Positions 51,301 to 63,411 of a stretch of DNA of 64,000 nucleotides are shown here, one piece after another. The notes under the pieces were generated by a model. The model saw nothing but the letters and a program-made list of their open reading frames with translations. It was not told the origin of the DNA and searched no databases. Position 1 is the first letter of the stretch; every line of letters begins with the position of its first letter. Made by a program: the position numbers and the translations under genes. Source of the DNA: Chiloscyllium plagiosum (taxonomy: Eukaryota); assembly GCF_004010195.1 (NCBI RefSeq), contig NC_057718.1, positions 19,734,815-19,798,814 on the forward strand, given 5' to 3'.

Positions 51301-53174
51301 AATGCTATTAATAACTATAACTCTCAACAGGTCCAAATAACTGAGCCACTGTAAAAACGCAGAAGGCTCATATGGAAGAATAAAAAACTTGATCTTCTGT
51401 TCACCTGAATTAGTGAGCACAGTTCTGCAGAAACCAAACATTAATTAACCAAAATTAACTGCAGTCAGATGCAGCCAACTTTACTTACTGTTTTTATATG
51501 AAACCCATAGCATTGGGAGCGGCTTGCGTTTTGCTCAAATTGAAATGCCCGGAAGGGGAAAAGCATAGGGGAGTGTGCATGAGCTCAGTGTGCACTTTGA
51601 GTTTATACTAAAGAATAGCTTGGCTTTAAGCACCATATTTTACTGAGTGGGAGCCCGCCCATCAGCTCCTATAGACAACAAAAACATGACCTCCAGCCAA
51701 AGTTAATTCAGTGACTCTAACTTTCTCAATTTTGCATGCGTGAGCTTATCTGCATAGTTCAGTTAGTCTACTCATAGCAGCCTATTGCATAAAATTACTT
51801 CACTGTGCATTTATTATGTCTCAGATCCATAGACTGCTATCGAATTTTCCAATTGTTCATAAATCCCTCTCATTACTGGATGCTCCTATCCTTCTGATGA
51901 TGTTTACTTTACAATGCCAAGTTTTGCACAATATAAGTACCCTGGTGGCACATTAGCATAACATATTATTTTCCTAGTTGTGAATAAATCTCTGTCTTTA
52001 TTGAATAGCACTATTCTATTGGCGACACTTTGTTCACAATGCTAAGTTATACAAAATGAAACTGATTGCAATCTACTTTCATTCCAGGTACCTACTCTTA
52101 AATCCAGTGAAGACTCATGGGATAAAATTCTTCTCCCTTTGTACATTCAGAGAGTCTGAACAATTCAACGTAGCTGCTTGCGAGCACAATCCCTCAGCAC
52201 AAAGCCATAACCTTGTTTAGGAGCGCCTCAAACGTCAGCAAGAAACAACAGATATTATTGCAGTTAGCTGCTATTTTTTACTTAGTTATTTTTGCTGGCC
52301 ATGTCTGAGCTGCAACAAACTCATCCTATATTTGTTCTGAGATTATTTCATGTTGACATTGAGGTGGTTTTGCAACCCACTCAAGAATAGCATTGCGAGA
52401 AGACGACAGAATGCATCGTACACTCAATGAAATGACTTCTAATTTCATTCCAGGATGGTGATGTCAGACTTGCTTAAATGGTTTGCCAAACTACTTCAGA
52501 GAGCTTTAAGAGTCAATCTGCTGAGCACAATCCAAGCAGCTTTCATGGCTTTTTTTTTGAAGTCACAGCTTGCTATGATATGATATGAACTCATTACATT
52601 GAGATTACTCATATGGTATCATAACCACAAAATATTCTTACACGAACTGCACAGTTGCTTCTTGAACCATAGTTCATTGGGTTGTGCAGTCTGGGGAGAG
52701 GAAGACCCATGTGAGTTCACTAACATACTGAATTGAAATGCATGCCTGTACAACATATGCATATGTAAGCAAAGGTTGTCCATCCTCATAAATGACAAAC
52801 TCAGAACCTCTGGCCACACAAACATTCTGAGGAGTCCATGTGATGTGAAGCAATGTTTTAGCTGGAATATAGTATTTTGATCAATAAATAATAGTATCTG
52901 AAAAGGCTGCTGCCAAACCATGCATCCAGACCATATGCGTTATAGCTGCAGCACTTCCTCACATATGTTCATTCACTATTTTCAAGCTATTCAAGTCAGT
53001 CATTAGTAAAAGGGTGATCGGCTTTTCCAACTACACATCCTTTTGCCAGTTGTTTCAATATTTAATCTTTCTGAAATCAGTACAACCTGAATATGTTAAT
53101 ATGTTTACATGTGTGACAATACCATCATGTGGTAGTGTCCATATACCAAACTTACAAGATAATGCATGACTTAA

Positions 53175-53520
53175 AAAGGGTGGACACTGGGAAGTTGTTT
53201 CCGTTAGGGTGGGGAGACTAGGACCCATGGGCACTGCCTTAAAATTAGAGGGGGTCAATTTAGAATGGAAATGAGGAGACATTTCTTCAGTTAGAGAGTG
53301 GTGGGCCTGTGGAATTCATTGCCACGGAGCACAGCAGATGCCGGGACATTGGATGTCTTCAAGGCAGAGATTGATAAATTCTTGATCTCGCAAGGAATTA
53401 AGGGCTACGGGAAGAGTGCGGGTAAGTGGAATTGAAACGCCCATCAGCCGTGATTAAATGGCGGAGTGGACTCAATGGGCCGAATGGCCTTGGTTTCACT
53501 CCTATGTCTTATGTTCTTTT
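53175..53520 (+). mobile_element. CR1 LINE 3' end
   Basis: Reads RRHFFS*RVVGLWNSLP, with tail cctatgtcttatgttctt. Confidence 0.85.
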
Positions 53521-54177
53521 TCTTGCACTGCGATTAAATGCTGATAACAGAAGGTCTTTTTCTCTGGCAGGGCTGGTGCACAATGGCAGCAGCAACAATC
53601 TTCACCCAACAGACCACTCTTCAGCTACAAGTAATGGGCACTGGCTGTTGTTTCAACAACAAAGACAAGGGGGTCATCAAGCCAAACAAAATCCTATCCT
53701 ACCCTTCCACAGATACGTTCACGACTCTTTCCAGCAGGGAACCTTGAAAACAATGAACTATGGTTGATTTTACAGTGATTGAATCAAACAAACACCCCAT
53801 CATCCTTCTCACCATATCAGCAACGTATGACATTGTTAACTGCACTGATTTCTCCCAATGCCAGTAATCCAACTCTTTCGGAATGTCCTTACTTCTACTT
53901 TTTCCTATCAACCAATACCCAGAGAATCTTCTGGAATAGTTTCTCCTCTCAACTAAGAAGTTATTAGGATCTTGCCTCTGCCTCTCCTATTTCTCATCTA
54001 CACGCTGCCTTCAGCAACATCATTCAAATTCACGCTATCAGATTCCACCCATGCTTTGATGGCATCCAGTTCGACCTCAACACCATCCCCTGGTGGCACA
54101 GAGGAAAAGTAATGGGCTTGTGAAGTGACAGAGTTTGGGTTCAAATCCCACCATGGATGCACAATGTTGCTTATAAG

Positions 54178-54405
54178 GGAGTCAGTTTAGCTCAGTTGGC
54201 TGGATGGTTGGTTTGCAAAACAGTATGATGCCAGTAGTGTGGGTTCAATCCCCACACTGGCTGAGGTTACCGTGAAGAACTCTGCTTTTCAATCTCTCCT
54301 CTCACATAAGATATGGTGGCCCTCACTATGTAAATCACGACCAGTTATCTTTCTCTAATGAGAGAGCAGCCCTGTGGTCTGGTAAGACTATGGCAACTTG
54401 ACTTG
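54178..54405 (+). mobile_element. tRNA-derived SINE (third family)
   Basis: A-box tagctcagttgg and B-box gggttcaatccc. The 3' part resembles the reverse complement of 42075-42160. Confidence 0.65.
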
Positions 54406-54456
54406 GCCAGTGGGAAAGGATATGGAAGTAGTCTCCTCACCCCAGCATAAGTTTAA

Positions 54457-54757
54457 GGGGCAGCACGGTGGCTCAGTTAGCACTGCTGCCTCACAGCACC
54501 AGGGTCCCAGGTTCGATTCCAGCCTTGGGCAACTGTCTGTGATGAGTTGGCACATTCTCCCCGTGTCTGCATGGGTTTCCTCCCACAGTCCAAAGATGTG
54601 CAAGTCAGGTGAATTGGTCATGCCAAATTGCCCATACTGCTAGGTGCATTAGTCAGAGGGAAATGGGTCTGGATGGATTACTCTTCGGAGGGTTGGTGTG
54701 GACTGGTTGGGTCAAAGGGCCTGTTTCCACACTGTAGGGAATCTATTCTAATCTAAA
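54457..54757 (+). mobile_element. HE1-like (V-SINE) SINE
   Basis: Same family as 12949-13243. Confidence 0.85.
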
Positions 54758-55020
54758 ATAATTTCAGCTCAATGCCTATTGCAATGATTTGGATGGAGAC
54801 ATTGAAGAAGTGGTGTCAGAATTCATTAACAAAACAAGAGATATAGGCAATACTTGAGGTAGTCGGAGAAAACCACAAAAGAGTATAGAGAAGGTGGGGG
54901 AATAGTAGTGAAGTTTAATGCCAGAAAATCTGCGGTATAATACATTTTAGTCGAAGGGTTATGGGAAAAGTCAGGAAAGTAAACGTAAGGAATGTCATAT
55001 CAGCCATAATCCTATTGAAT

Positions 55021-55161
55021 AGAGACAAAAAACCTGCAAATGCTGGAATCCAAGGTAGACAAGCGGGAGGCTGGAAGAACACAGCAAGCCAGGCAGCATC
55101 AGGAAGTGGAGAAGTAGACGAAGAAGGGTTAGACCCGAAATGTCGACTTCACCATCTCCTG
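55021..55161. mobile_element. Fold-back PLE mini-insertion (fourth subfamily) in a CR1 tail
   Basis: TSD ataatccta(t/c)tgaat at 55006-55020 and 55162-55176. Partial core GAAGAAGGGTTAGACCCGAAATGTC. Confidence 0.8.
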
Positions 55162-55486
55162 ATAATCCTACTGAATGGCAGAGCAGGCTTGAGAGGCCAA
55201 AACAGCCTACTGCTGGTCATATTTCTTCTGGTCTTATGAATTATCAAGTCAACCACAATCCAGAAAACTTACAAAATTAAGTTGAATTAAAACAGCCTCT
55301 GAATTACAGTCTTCTGCATTGTAAGATTAATTATTCTATTTCTCAAACCAGCTAAATTTCTGATCCCTTTTAAGCAATATTTATATTATGTTGGAAATCA
55401 AATGATTAAGCCCACTTCCTAACCACCTTGCTTGTCTAACCAGCGCTGTGCATATTACTGGAATGTTCAATCCTGGCAATGTCATG

Positions 55487-55710
55487 GAGAAAGTGAGGAC
55501 TGCAGGTGCTGGAGATCAGAGTCAAAAGTGTGGTGCTGTAAAAGCATCATCTGAGGAGCAGGAGAGTTGACGTTTCGAGTATAAGCTCTTCATCAGGAAT
55601 GTTTGATAAAGACAAAATTCCTGATGAAGAGCTTATCTCAAAACATCAACCTTCCTGCTCCTTGGATGCTGCCTGACCTGCTGTGCTTTTCCAGCGCCAC
55701 ACTTTTGACA
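55487..55710. mobile_element. Fold-back PLE insertion with two opposed hammerhead cores
   Basis: TSD ctggcaatgtcatg (55473-55486) and ctgacaatgccatg (55711-55724). Cores at 55572-55596 (minus) and 55621-55644 (plus). Confidence 0.8.
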
Positions 55711-57273
55711 CTGACAATGCCATGCTTGACGTTACTGTGATCATAACTTAAATGTTGATTTCACCAATGCACAAACCAGTGCTGTGGACAAAACTCGCAT
55801 CAACAGCAGGCAATCCACTAATAATTAACTGGACTGCTTCTCACAGACCATTGTAAAGCTGGTCACTAAACTGCAGCAGAACGTGGTGTGCTCCCACTGG
55901 GCTGACTGGCAGTAGAAACAATGAAAATAGCAACTTAGTGTCAATTAAAAGCATAATTACTGCATAAGGCCTGTGGTGCAAATCACAATAAGGATTTACC
56001 AAAACTCATTTCCCATAGGAGTCTCACAGTAACTGGAGGTGAGGCATTTTAATCCCTTGAATTTGGCCAGCATTCAAGCCCATATGAACCTTCAGTTAAA
56101 GTTGTAACCCATCATGGTATCTGGTCCCTAACAGTGACTTATATTATTGACTTTAATTTCTATTGTTTTTCCATGGGTCAGAAAAAAAAAAGGTCAATGA
56201 CCACATGTGGGTGGTATGGCTGGATGGAGATGGAGAGACCCTAAAAACAGATTATAGTTCAGAACAGGACATCATGTACAGCACATTAGGAGTGACTGAT
56301 TTCTTAAATTCTAGAGAACAAATAATAGCTTATCCATTTCCTGTCCTCAAAATCACCGTTTACGTTGAAACATTTCAAACAGATGGTGATATGGACTTCC
56401 CTACAAACACTTGACCGAATTTTCTAAATCTCACACAAAGAGAGAGGTGGTTTCAGAGAACATAAAGACAAATATTTAAAGAAAGCAAATCCTCCAACTT
56501 CCCATTAACATATTTTGACAACAAGTTGCAATAATCACATACAGAGATAAGAGATGTTTCCATAATACTAACAGTCATATTTTGATTAATAATTTGCACG
56601 CTTCTGTTCAGATCAATAACGAGACAGGAGAGACTATTCTATACTCTCTGAGGGCAAGGGGCACGAATTTACCACTGTCATAATGTGATACCTTTACAAC
56701 TTGTACTATAAATCTCCAGACATCTTATACTCATAGATTAACTCAAGGGATCGTCAAGAATGCTTTTACAAATGCAGAACTCATCAGTAACAGTTCACTG
56801 AAAAATAAATCATGCCTGGACAGCTACCATGAAACCATAAATGAATTATTTTTTATACATATTTACCAGCTAGTTAACACTGATGTCAATTCTATTATAA
56901 TTTAGAAGTTAAATGAAGCCAGTCAAATGCCGTTTTTTTTTGCCCAAGTCCAATCAGTAGATTAACAGATCACATTTCCTCCCTTGTAGATGACTCTCAG
57001 TCAGCTGGGAGAGCAAGAGGGAGAAAGAAGAGGACATTGATTGAGAAGCAGACAGTAGAGATGCAAGCTGCATGCAATGTTAGATTTTCCACCCTGTGGC
57101 CTAAGCTTGCTTTGTTCAAACTTGAGAGATTGGGAACCAACAAAGCTCATGGGCAGTCAGGCATAAATGGCAGGCAATCCTGAGAACTGAACTCACAGCT
57201 CTCAGCTCAGAATTTGAGATTTCTCCCTTCCGAAAACTGTACAGACTAGCAGACTGGGCACAATCAATAAGAG

Positions 57274-57447
57274 GTAAAAACAATGACTGCAGATGCTGGA
57301 AACCAGATTCTGGATTAGTGGTGCTGGAAGAGCACAGCAGTTCAGGCAGCATCAGGAATAAATGATGAAGGACTTTTGCCCGAAACGTCGATTTCAAAGT
57401 TCCTTGGATGCTGCCTGAACTGCTGTGCTCTTCCAGCACCACTAACC
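57274..57447. mobile_element. Fold-back PLE insertion with perfect 15-bp TSD
   Basis: TSD cacaatcaataagag at 57259-57273 and 57448-57462. Partial core TGATGAAGGACTTTTGCCCGAAACGTC. Confidence 0.85.
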
Positions 57448-57817
57448 CACAATCAATAAGAGACAACTCAACAGAAGAATTATGTTGTGCAAATTGGAGA
57501 CATATGAAAGCTTGACATCAACACAGCATGTGCTTGCCTAATTTGTTTTAAGTCAGTATATGAGGTAAATTTTCCACTGCTCCAAAGAATAATGCAGATT
57601 TGCCCTCCTAAGAAAACAATTTTATTTTAATAAACTCTCATTTGTACAACAGCCTTGAGACACCCCAAACTACTTTAATTTCAACAAAGTTGCTTTTAAG
57701 TGTGATTACTACTGTAATGAAGGGAAATGTTGCAACCAATTTTCACACAGCAAGATCTCACAAGCAGCAACGAGATAAATAGCCACAACTCTCCCGCATT
57801 GTTGGTGCTAGTTTAGT

Positions 57818-59014
57818 TGCTGGATTTGTGGTGCTGGAAGAGCACAGCAGTTCAGGCAGCATCCAAGGAGCTTTGAAATCGAGGTTTTGGGCAAAAGCCC
57901 TTCATCAGGAATAAAGGCAGTGAGCCTGGAGGGTGGAGAGATAAGCTAGAGGAGGGTGGGGGTGGGGAGAAAGTAGCATAGAGTACAATGGNNNNNNNNN
58001 NNNNNNNNNNNNNNNNNNNNNNNNNNNNNNNNNNNNNNNNNNNNNNNNNNNNNNNNNNNNNNNNNNNNNNNNNNNNNNNNNNNNNNNNNNNNNNNNNNNN
58101 NNNNNNNNNNNNNNNNNNNNNNNNNNNNNNNNNNNNNNNNNNNNNNNNNNNNNNNNNNNNNNNNNNNNNNNNNNNNNNNNNNNNNNNNNNNNNNNNNNNN
58201 NNNNNNNNNNNNNNNNNNNNNNNNNNNNNNNNNNNNNNNNNNNNNNNNNNNNNNNNNNNNNNNNNNNNNNNNNNNNNNNNNNNNNNNNNNNNNNNNNNNN
58301 NNNNNNNNNNNNNNNNNNNNNNNNNNNNNNNNNNNNNNNNNNNNNNNNNNNNNNNNNNNNNNNNNNNNNNNNNNNNNNNNNNNNNNNNNNNNNNNNNNNN
58401 NNNNNNNNNNNNNNNNNNNNNNNNNNNNNNNNNNNNNNNNNNNNNNNNNNNNNNNNNNNNNNNNNNNNNNNNNNNNNNNGTCTTTGCGGAAGGCGGAAAG
58501 GGATGGGGAGGGAAATATATCCCTGGTGGTGGGGTCTGTTTGGAGGTGGCGGAAATGTCGGCGGATGATTTGGTTTATGCGAAGGTTGGTAGGGTGAAAG
58601 GTGAGCACCAGTGGCGTTCTGTCCTTGTTACGGTTGGAGTGGTGGGGTCTGAGGGCGGAGGTGCGGGATGTAGACGAGATGCGTTGGAGGGCATCTTTAA
58701 CCACGTGGGAAGGGAAATTGTCCTACCTGCCTATCTCCTTTTCCACCTATCCACTCCACCCTCTCCTCCCTGACCTATCACCTTCATCCCCTCCCCCACT
58801 CACCCATTGTACTCTATGCTACTTTCTCCCCACCCCCACCCTCCTCTAGCTGATCTCTCCACACTCCAGGCTCACTGCCTTTATTCCTGATGAAAGGCTT
58901 TTGCCCGAAATGTCGATTTCGAAGCTCCTTGGATGCTGCCTAAACTGCTGTGCCCTTCCAGCACCACAAATCCAGAATCTGGTTTCCAGCATCTGCAATC
59001 ATTGTTTTTACCTC
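57818..59014. mobile_element. PLE (Neptune-like) insertion with inverted pLTRs and an ORF fragment, spanning the assembly gap
   Basis: TSD ggtgctagtttagt at 57804-57817 and 59015-59028. Minus-strand ORF RTPLVLTFHPTNLRINQIIRRHFRHLQTDPTTRDIFPSPSLSAFRKD resembles the PLE RT-to-endonuclease linker. Cores at 57882-57908 (minus) and 58887-58914 (plus). Confidence 0.85.
57992..58479. other. Assembly gap (488 N)
   Basis: Run of n. Confidence 1.
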
Positions 59015-59659
59015 GGTGCTAGTTTAGTGATGAACGTTTGCCAAGATGCTAGATATGCTCTCCTGAATTTTTTTTTCAAAGAATGGAGATAGTTCTGTCC
59101 ACCAGAAAGACATCTTATCATCCAAAAGACAGCATGTCTCTTTCCGTGCTGCACTTGACTGTATAAGAACAGGGGAGTTCAGATTGTGCGTTAAATCTAA
59201 TCATCTTAAGACACCCATCTGACAATCTGAAGAGTAGAAATCAGGATTTGGAAACTCCTCCCATACAGAGAGAGATAGGAATATCTAAACTCTGAGAGTT
59301 AGTCACAATCTGAAAGGGTGAAGGCGGCAGATCAGGAACAACTTTCAAAAGGGAATCAATTATATGCTTGGAAACGAAAAACAAAATGAGTTATGGGAAA
59401 AGAACAGGAGGGGTGGGATCAATTTCATACCTCTCTCAAACAGCTGCACAGAAAAGTTGGGTCAAATGGCCTCCTCTTGACATCACTGGTATAAGTGTAT
59501 TTTATGGTACCAGAGGGCCAGTTGATATAAACAGAGATGAGGAGAAATTACTTCTCTCAAAACATTGTGAATCTGTGGAATTCACTACCCTGGACTGCAG
59601 AGGACATGAGAACTTTGAGTAAATTTGTGGACGAGACAGACATATCTTTAATTAATAAT

Positions 59660-60570
59660 GGAGTCACAGAGTTATACAATACGGAAACAGACCCTTCAGT
59701 CCATTTTGTCTGCAATGACCAGATATCCTAAACTGATCTAGTCCCATTTGCCAGTATTTGGCCCATATCTCTCTAAACCCTTCCTATTCATCTACCCATC
59801 CAGATGCCTTTTAAGTGTTTTAATTTGTACCCATTTTCACCACATCCGCTGGCAGCTCATTAACTGTCTAAATCCTGCCCTGGGGTTTGCCTTACCAAAA
59901 TGCAACACCTCACATATATCTAAATTAAACTCCATCTGCCACTCCTTGATCCATATAAAAGTTGCCTCTCAGTTCCCTTTTAAATTTTTCCCCTCTCATC
60001 TTAAACTTATGCCCTCTAGTTTTGGACTCCCCTAGCCCGAGAAAAAGACCTTGGCTATTCTCCCCTACCACGATTTGATAAACCTGTATAAGGTCACCCT
60101 TCAGCCTCCGACGCTCCAGGGAAAAAAGCCCCAGCCTAATCAACCTGTCCCTGTAGCTCAAACTTCCTAATCCTAGCAATATCCTTGAAAATCCTTTCTG
60201 AACCCTTTCAAGTTTAACAACATCTTTCCTGTAGCAGGGAGACCAGAACTGAATGCAGTATTCTAAACAAGACCTAACCATTGCCCAGTACAGCCATGAC
60301 ATCACATCCAAACTCCTGTACCCAATGCACTGACCAGTGAAGGCATGCATGTCAAACATCTTCTTTACCATCCTGTCTACCTGCAATTCCATTTTCAAAC
60401 AACTACGCACTTGCACCTCAAAGTCTCTTTGTTCAGTAACACTCCCCATAGTCTTACCATTAACTGTCTAAATCCTGCCTTGGGGTTTGCCTTACCAAAA
60501 TGCAACATCTCACATATATCTAAATTAAACTCTATCTGCCACTCCTTGACCCATTGGCCCATTTGATCAA
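59660..60570 (-). mobile_element. CR1 LINE 3' part with internal rearrangement
   Basis: ORF 59925..60449 (EQRDFEVQV...LEYCIQFWSPCYRKDVVKLERVQK). Confidence 0.9.
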
Positions 60571-63341
60571 GTGGATAGTAGGGTTATGGAGAGCAGGCAG
60601 GGAAGTCAAATTGGACTTAGTTGCAAATAGCCATAAACATATCAAATGGCAGAGCAGGCTCAAGGGGCTGAATTGTCTACTCTTGCTCCTAGTTCTTATG
60701 TGATTATGGTTAAAAAAAACTTTTGGAAACCTGATCAGACTCAAAGGAGAATAAATTAATGTTGTGGTCCAATGAAGGGTTACAATGCAAAGTCTTTATT
60801 GATACTGACCTGACCTATTGTGCCTTTTCCCCTTTTTTACATCAGCTTACTACAATTAAATTTCTCTCATTCTTTTCTGTGATGAAAATAACAAAAGACC
60901 ACAGTTAACTTTTCTAATCAAAACCACAGAGGTTTCACTGGACAGCTTGAAAAAAGTACAGGCATATCATGTGCTTCATCGAATGTCATGTACATATTGT
61001 AATAACAGAAGCTGTTTAGATTTTCCACTTAAATTTATAACGGATGCAGAAACAGATTTTGTTTCCTTAACTGGACAGATAATCACATACATGCAGTTTC
61101 CATTGGAAAGCTGAATTTACTTTTCAGACAGCAAAGTGGGTCCGTGCTGTGTGCACGACAACCATCTAACCAGCCTGCAGATTTCAGCACCTACGTGTAG
61201 GCTGGATAGATGCCTGCTCACACACACAACAACTTCAGAACACACTAAAAGATACTTTTTCCCGGTTTTGCAGCAACACACTGAAGTGACAGCCTGGCTC
61301 AGTGCCAGCTTTCTGACTATTTCAATGCTCTCCTGGCCAATCTCCCATCTGTCAATCTCCTTAAACCAGGACTCATCCAAATCTCCGCTGCGTTCCTTCC
61401 ATTTTGGCCTCTTGTTCATCTATAATTTCCCTCACACCATCAGTGGTGCTAATATCATTTGGTTGCCTCACCACTAGTATGAGAAGTACAACTGCTAAAC
61501 CTCTGCTCATCTCTCTGCTCCTTAAAGTTAATAACAATACCTATTGCAAATATCTCAATGCGACTCGGTATCATATTTTGTCTGACATATTTCCAGAATG
61601 AGCCCTAACATATTTTACTACTTTGAAAGGGCTCCATAAATGCAAGTTGTTGCTACTGACTTTGGAATCAGAGGTTTATGACTGAAGACCATACTCCAAG
61701 AAACAATCTCATAATATAATTGAGCACTGTGAATACTGTGGGTCTCCATACTTTAATAACTTATTTCACTATGGACTGTTTGCAAGTTTCTGGGACTCAG
61801 GTGAAATTGAAAGAATTCATGGCCCTATCTGAAGAAAAATAGGAAGCTCTGTTGCTGTCATCCCCTGAAACATCACCACAAAAGACAACAATTTCTCATT
61901 CATTTCACTTGTTTTTAGGATTTTACTACATAAAATAATTACCATGCTTCGTAGCAATCTGGATTGCTCCAAGTATTATGGTTTGTGAAACAACTTTATG
62001 GGATGTTTCAGATACATGTTATTAAGTATTATACAAAAACAATCCTTTCTGTACAACATGGCAACATAAAACAATCATAAAACTCACAAATCATTTACAT
62101 GCCTGCATGCTCCATTTGGTCATTTTAGTCAATCCTGTTCTTACCTCTTCAATTTCTAGCAATTATCTTTGACAGAAACCCAGGCTGATTTCTCTCATTC
62201 AAACTGAATCATTAGAATCAACAAAGGCATGAGCAACTTCCATGGTGCTCCTAATGAATACATGGTGAGCTTCAAATTGCATTTACTGTTGCTCACTGGC
62301 ATCTGAAGACAAGAGCTAATGGGAAAACCGCAAAGGAAAACTGAACGAGAAACAGGAAGAACCAAATCGAGCCAAAGTGAAGGGGTCCTACTGGTCCAAA
62401 CTGACCACTCTGCAATACCAGAAATGTAAATGCAAAATTTCAGCCTTGTCATATATAAAATGTTAATTAGATCAATAGGCAAACTCAACACACTTTCAAC
62501 TGGGTCAAGTGCTTGAAGGCCTAGCCTAAGGCAGTAGATTAACATTAAATGTAACATTCCACAATTGAGACATTTCCAGAAATAGAACTACACACAAAAA
62601 TTAGCTCAATATATTAATCATTATACTTGCTTTGTTATGATATAACAGTGTAATGATATCTGGCATTTTCAACGTAATTAGTAATGGGTCATATGAATAC
62701 CACATGGTTTCAATGCATCTCAGAGATTTACTGCAAACTAGAGTGCATGTGTAAACATTGTATTGTGGTTGGGATGATTGAAGTGACATTATTTAGCATG
62801 ACTCCGTCAGTTTAGATACATTTACAGTGGACACCATTTAGTATGACAAATTGGGCACTCGGAGAGATTACAAATGCAGACATTTTTCTGGTACTCAAAG
62901 CTGCTGAGGGGTATCAGCAGTACAGAATGAAATTTGGTTCCATCTTTACAACTATATATTGACATAACGCACTTCTGAGTCCTAAGAGCACCCAGACGCT
63001 GAGTGAACTTTATTTTCCATAACATACACTACTGAACCATCACTACTCATTCAACTTCATCATCAGCAATTATTGTGGCATCTACTGAGAGACTAATAAT
63101 CCTTTGTCAAACTATGGGTCGCATTTTCTGTTGCTCTAAGCTTACTCAGCCTTACAGTAGATTCACATTTGCCAAAATAATTGTTACAACATCATAACAG
63201 GCCATCCAAGATATTCATATAATCAGTGAAACTGAGGTAGGGAGATGAACCAGCCACACCATTATCTTATCTGTTATCAAATCTTAATTTCTACCCCCCC
63301 CCCCCCCAATCCATCCACCCTGTGTAACCTTTATTTCACTT

Positions 63342-63411
63342 CTGCTACTTTCTTAAATATTATTTCACATGATGTGCTGCTACTTTCTTAAATATTATTT
63401 CACATGATGTG
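63342..63411. repeat. Perfect 35-bp tandem duplication
   Basis: ctgctactttcttaaatattatttcacatgatgtg twice. Confidence 0.95.

Noticed and set aside
57946..58773. Long ORFs of 252 and 261 aa
   Set aside because: They are inflated by the N gap. Only the 75-aa minus-strand part is real, and it is PLE-derived.
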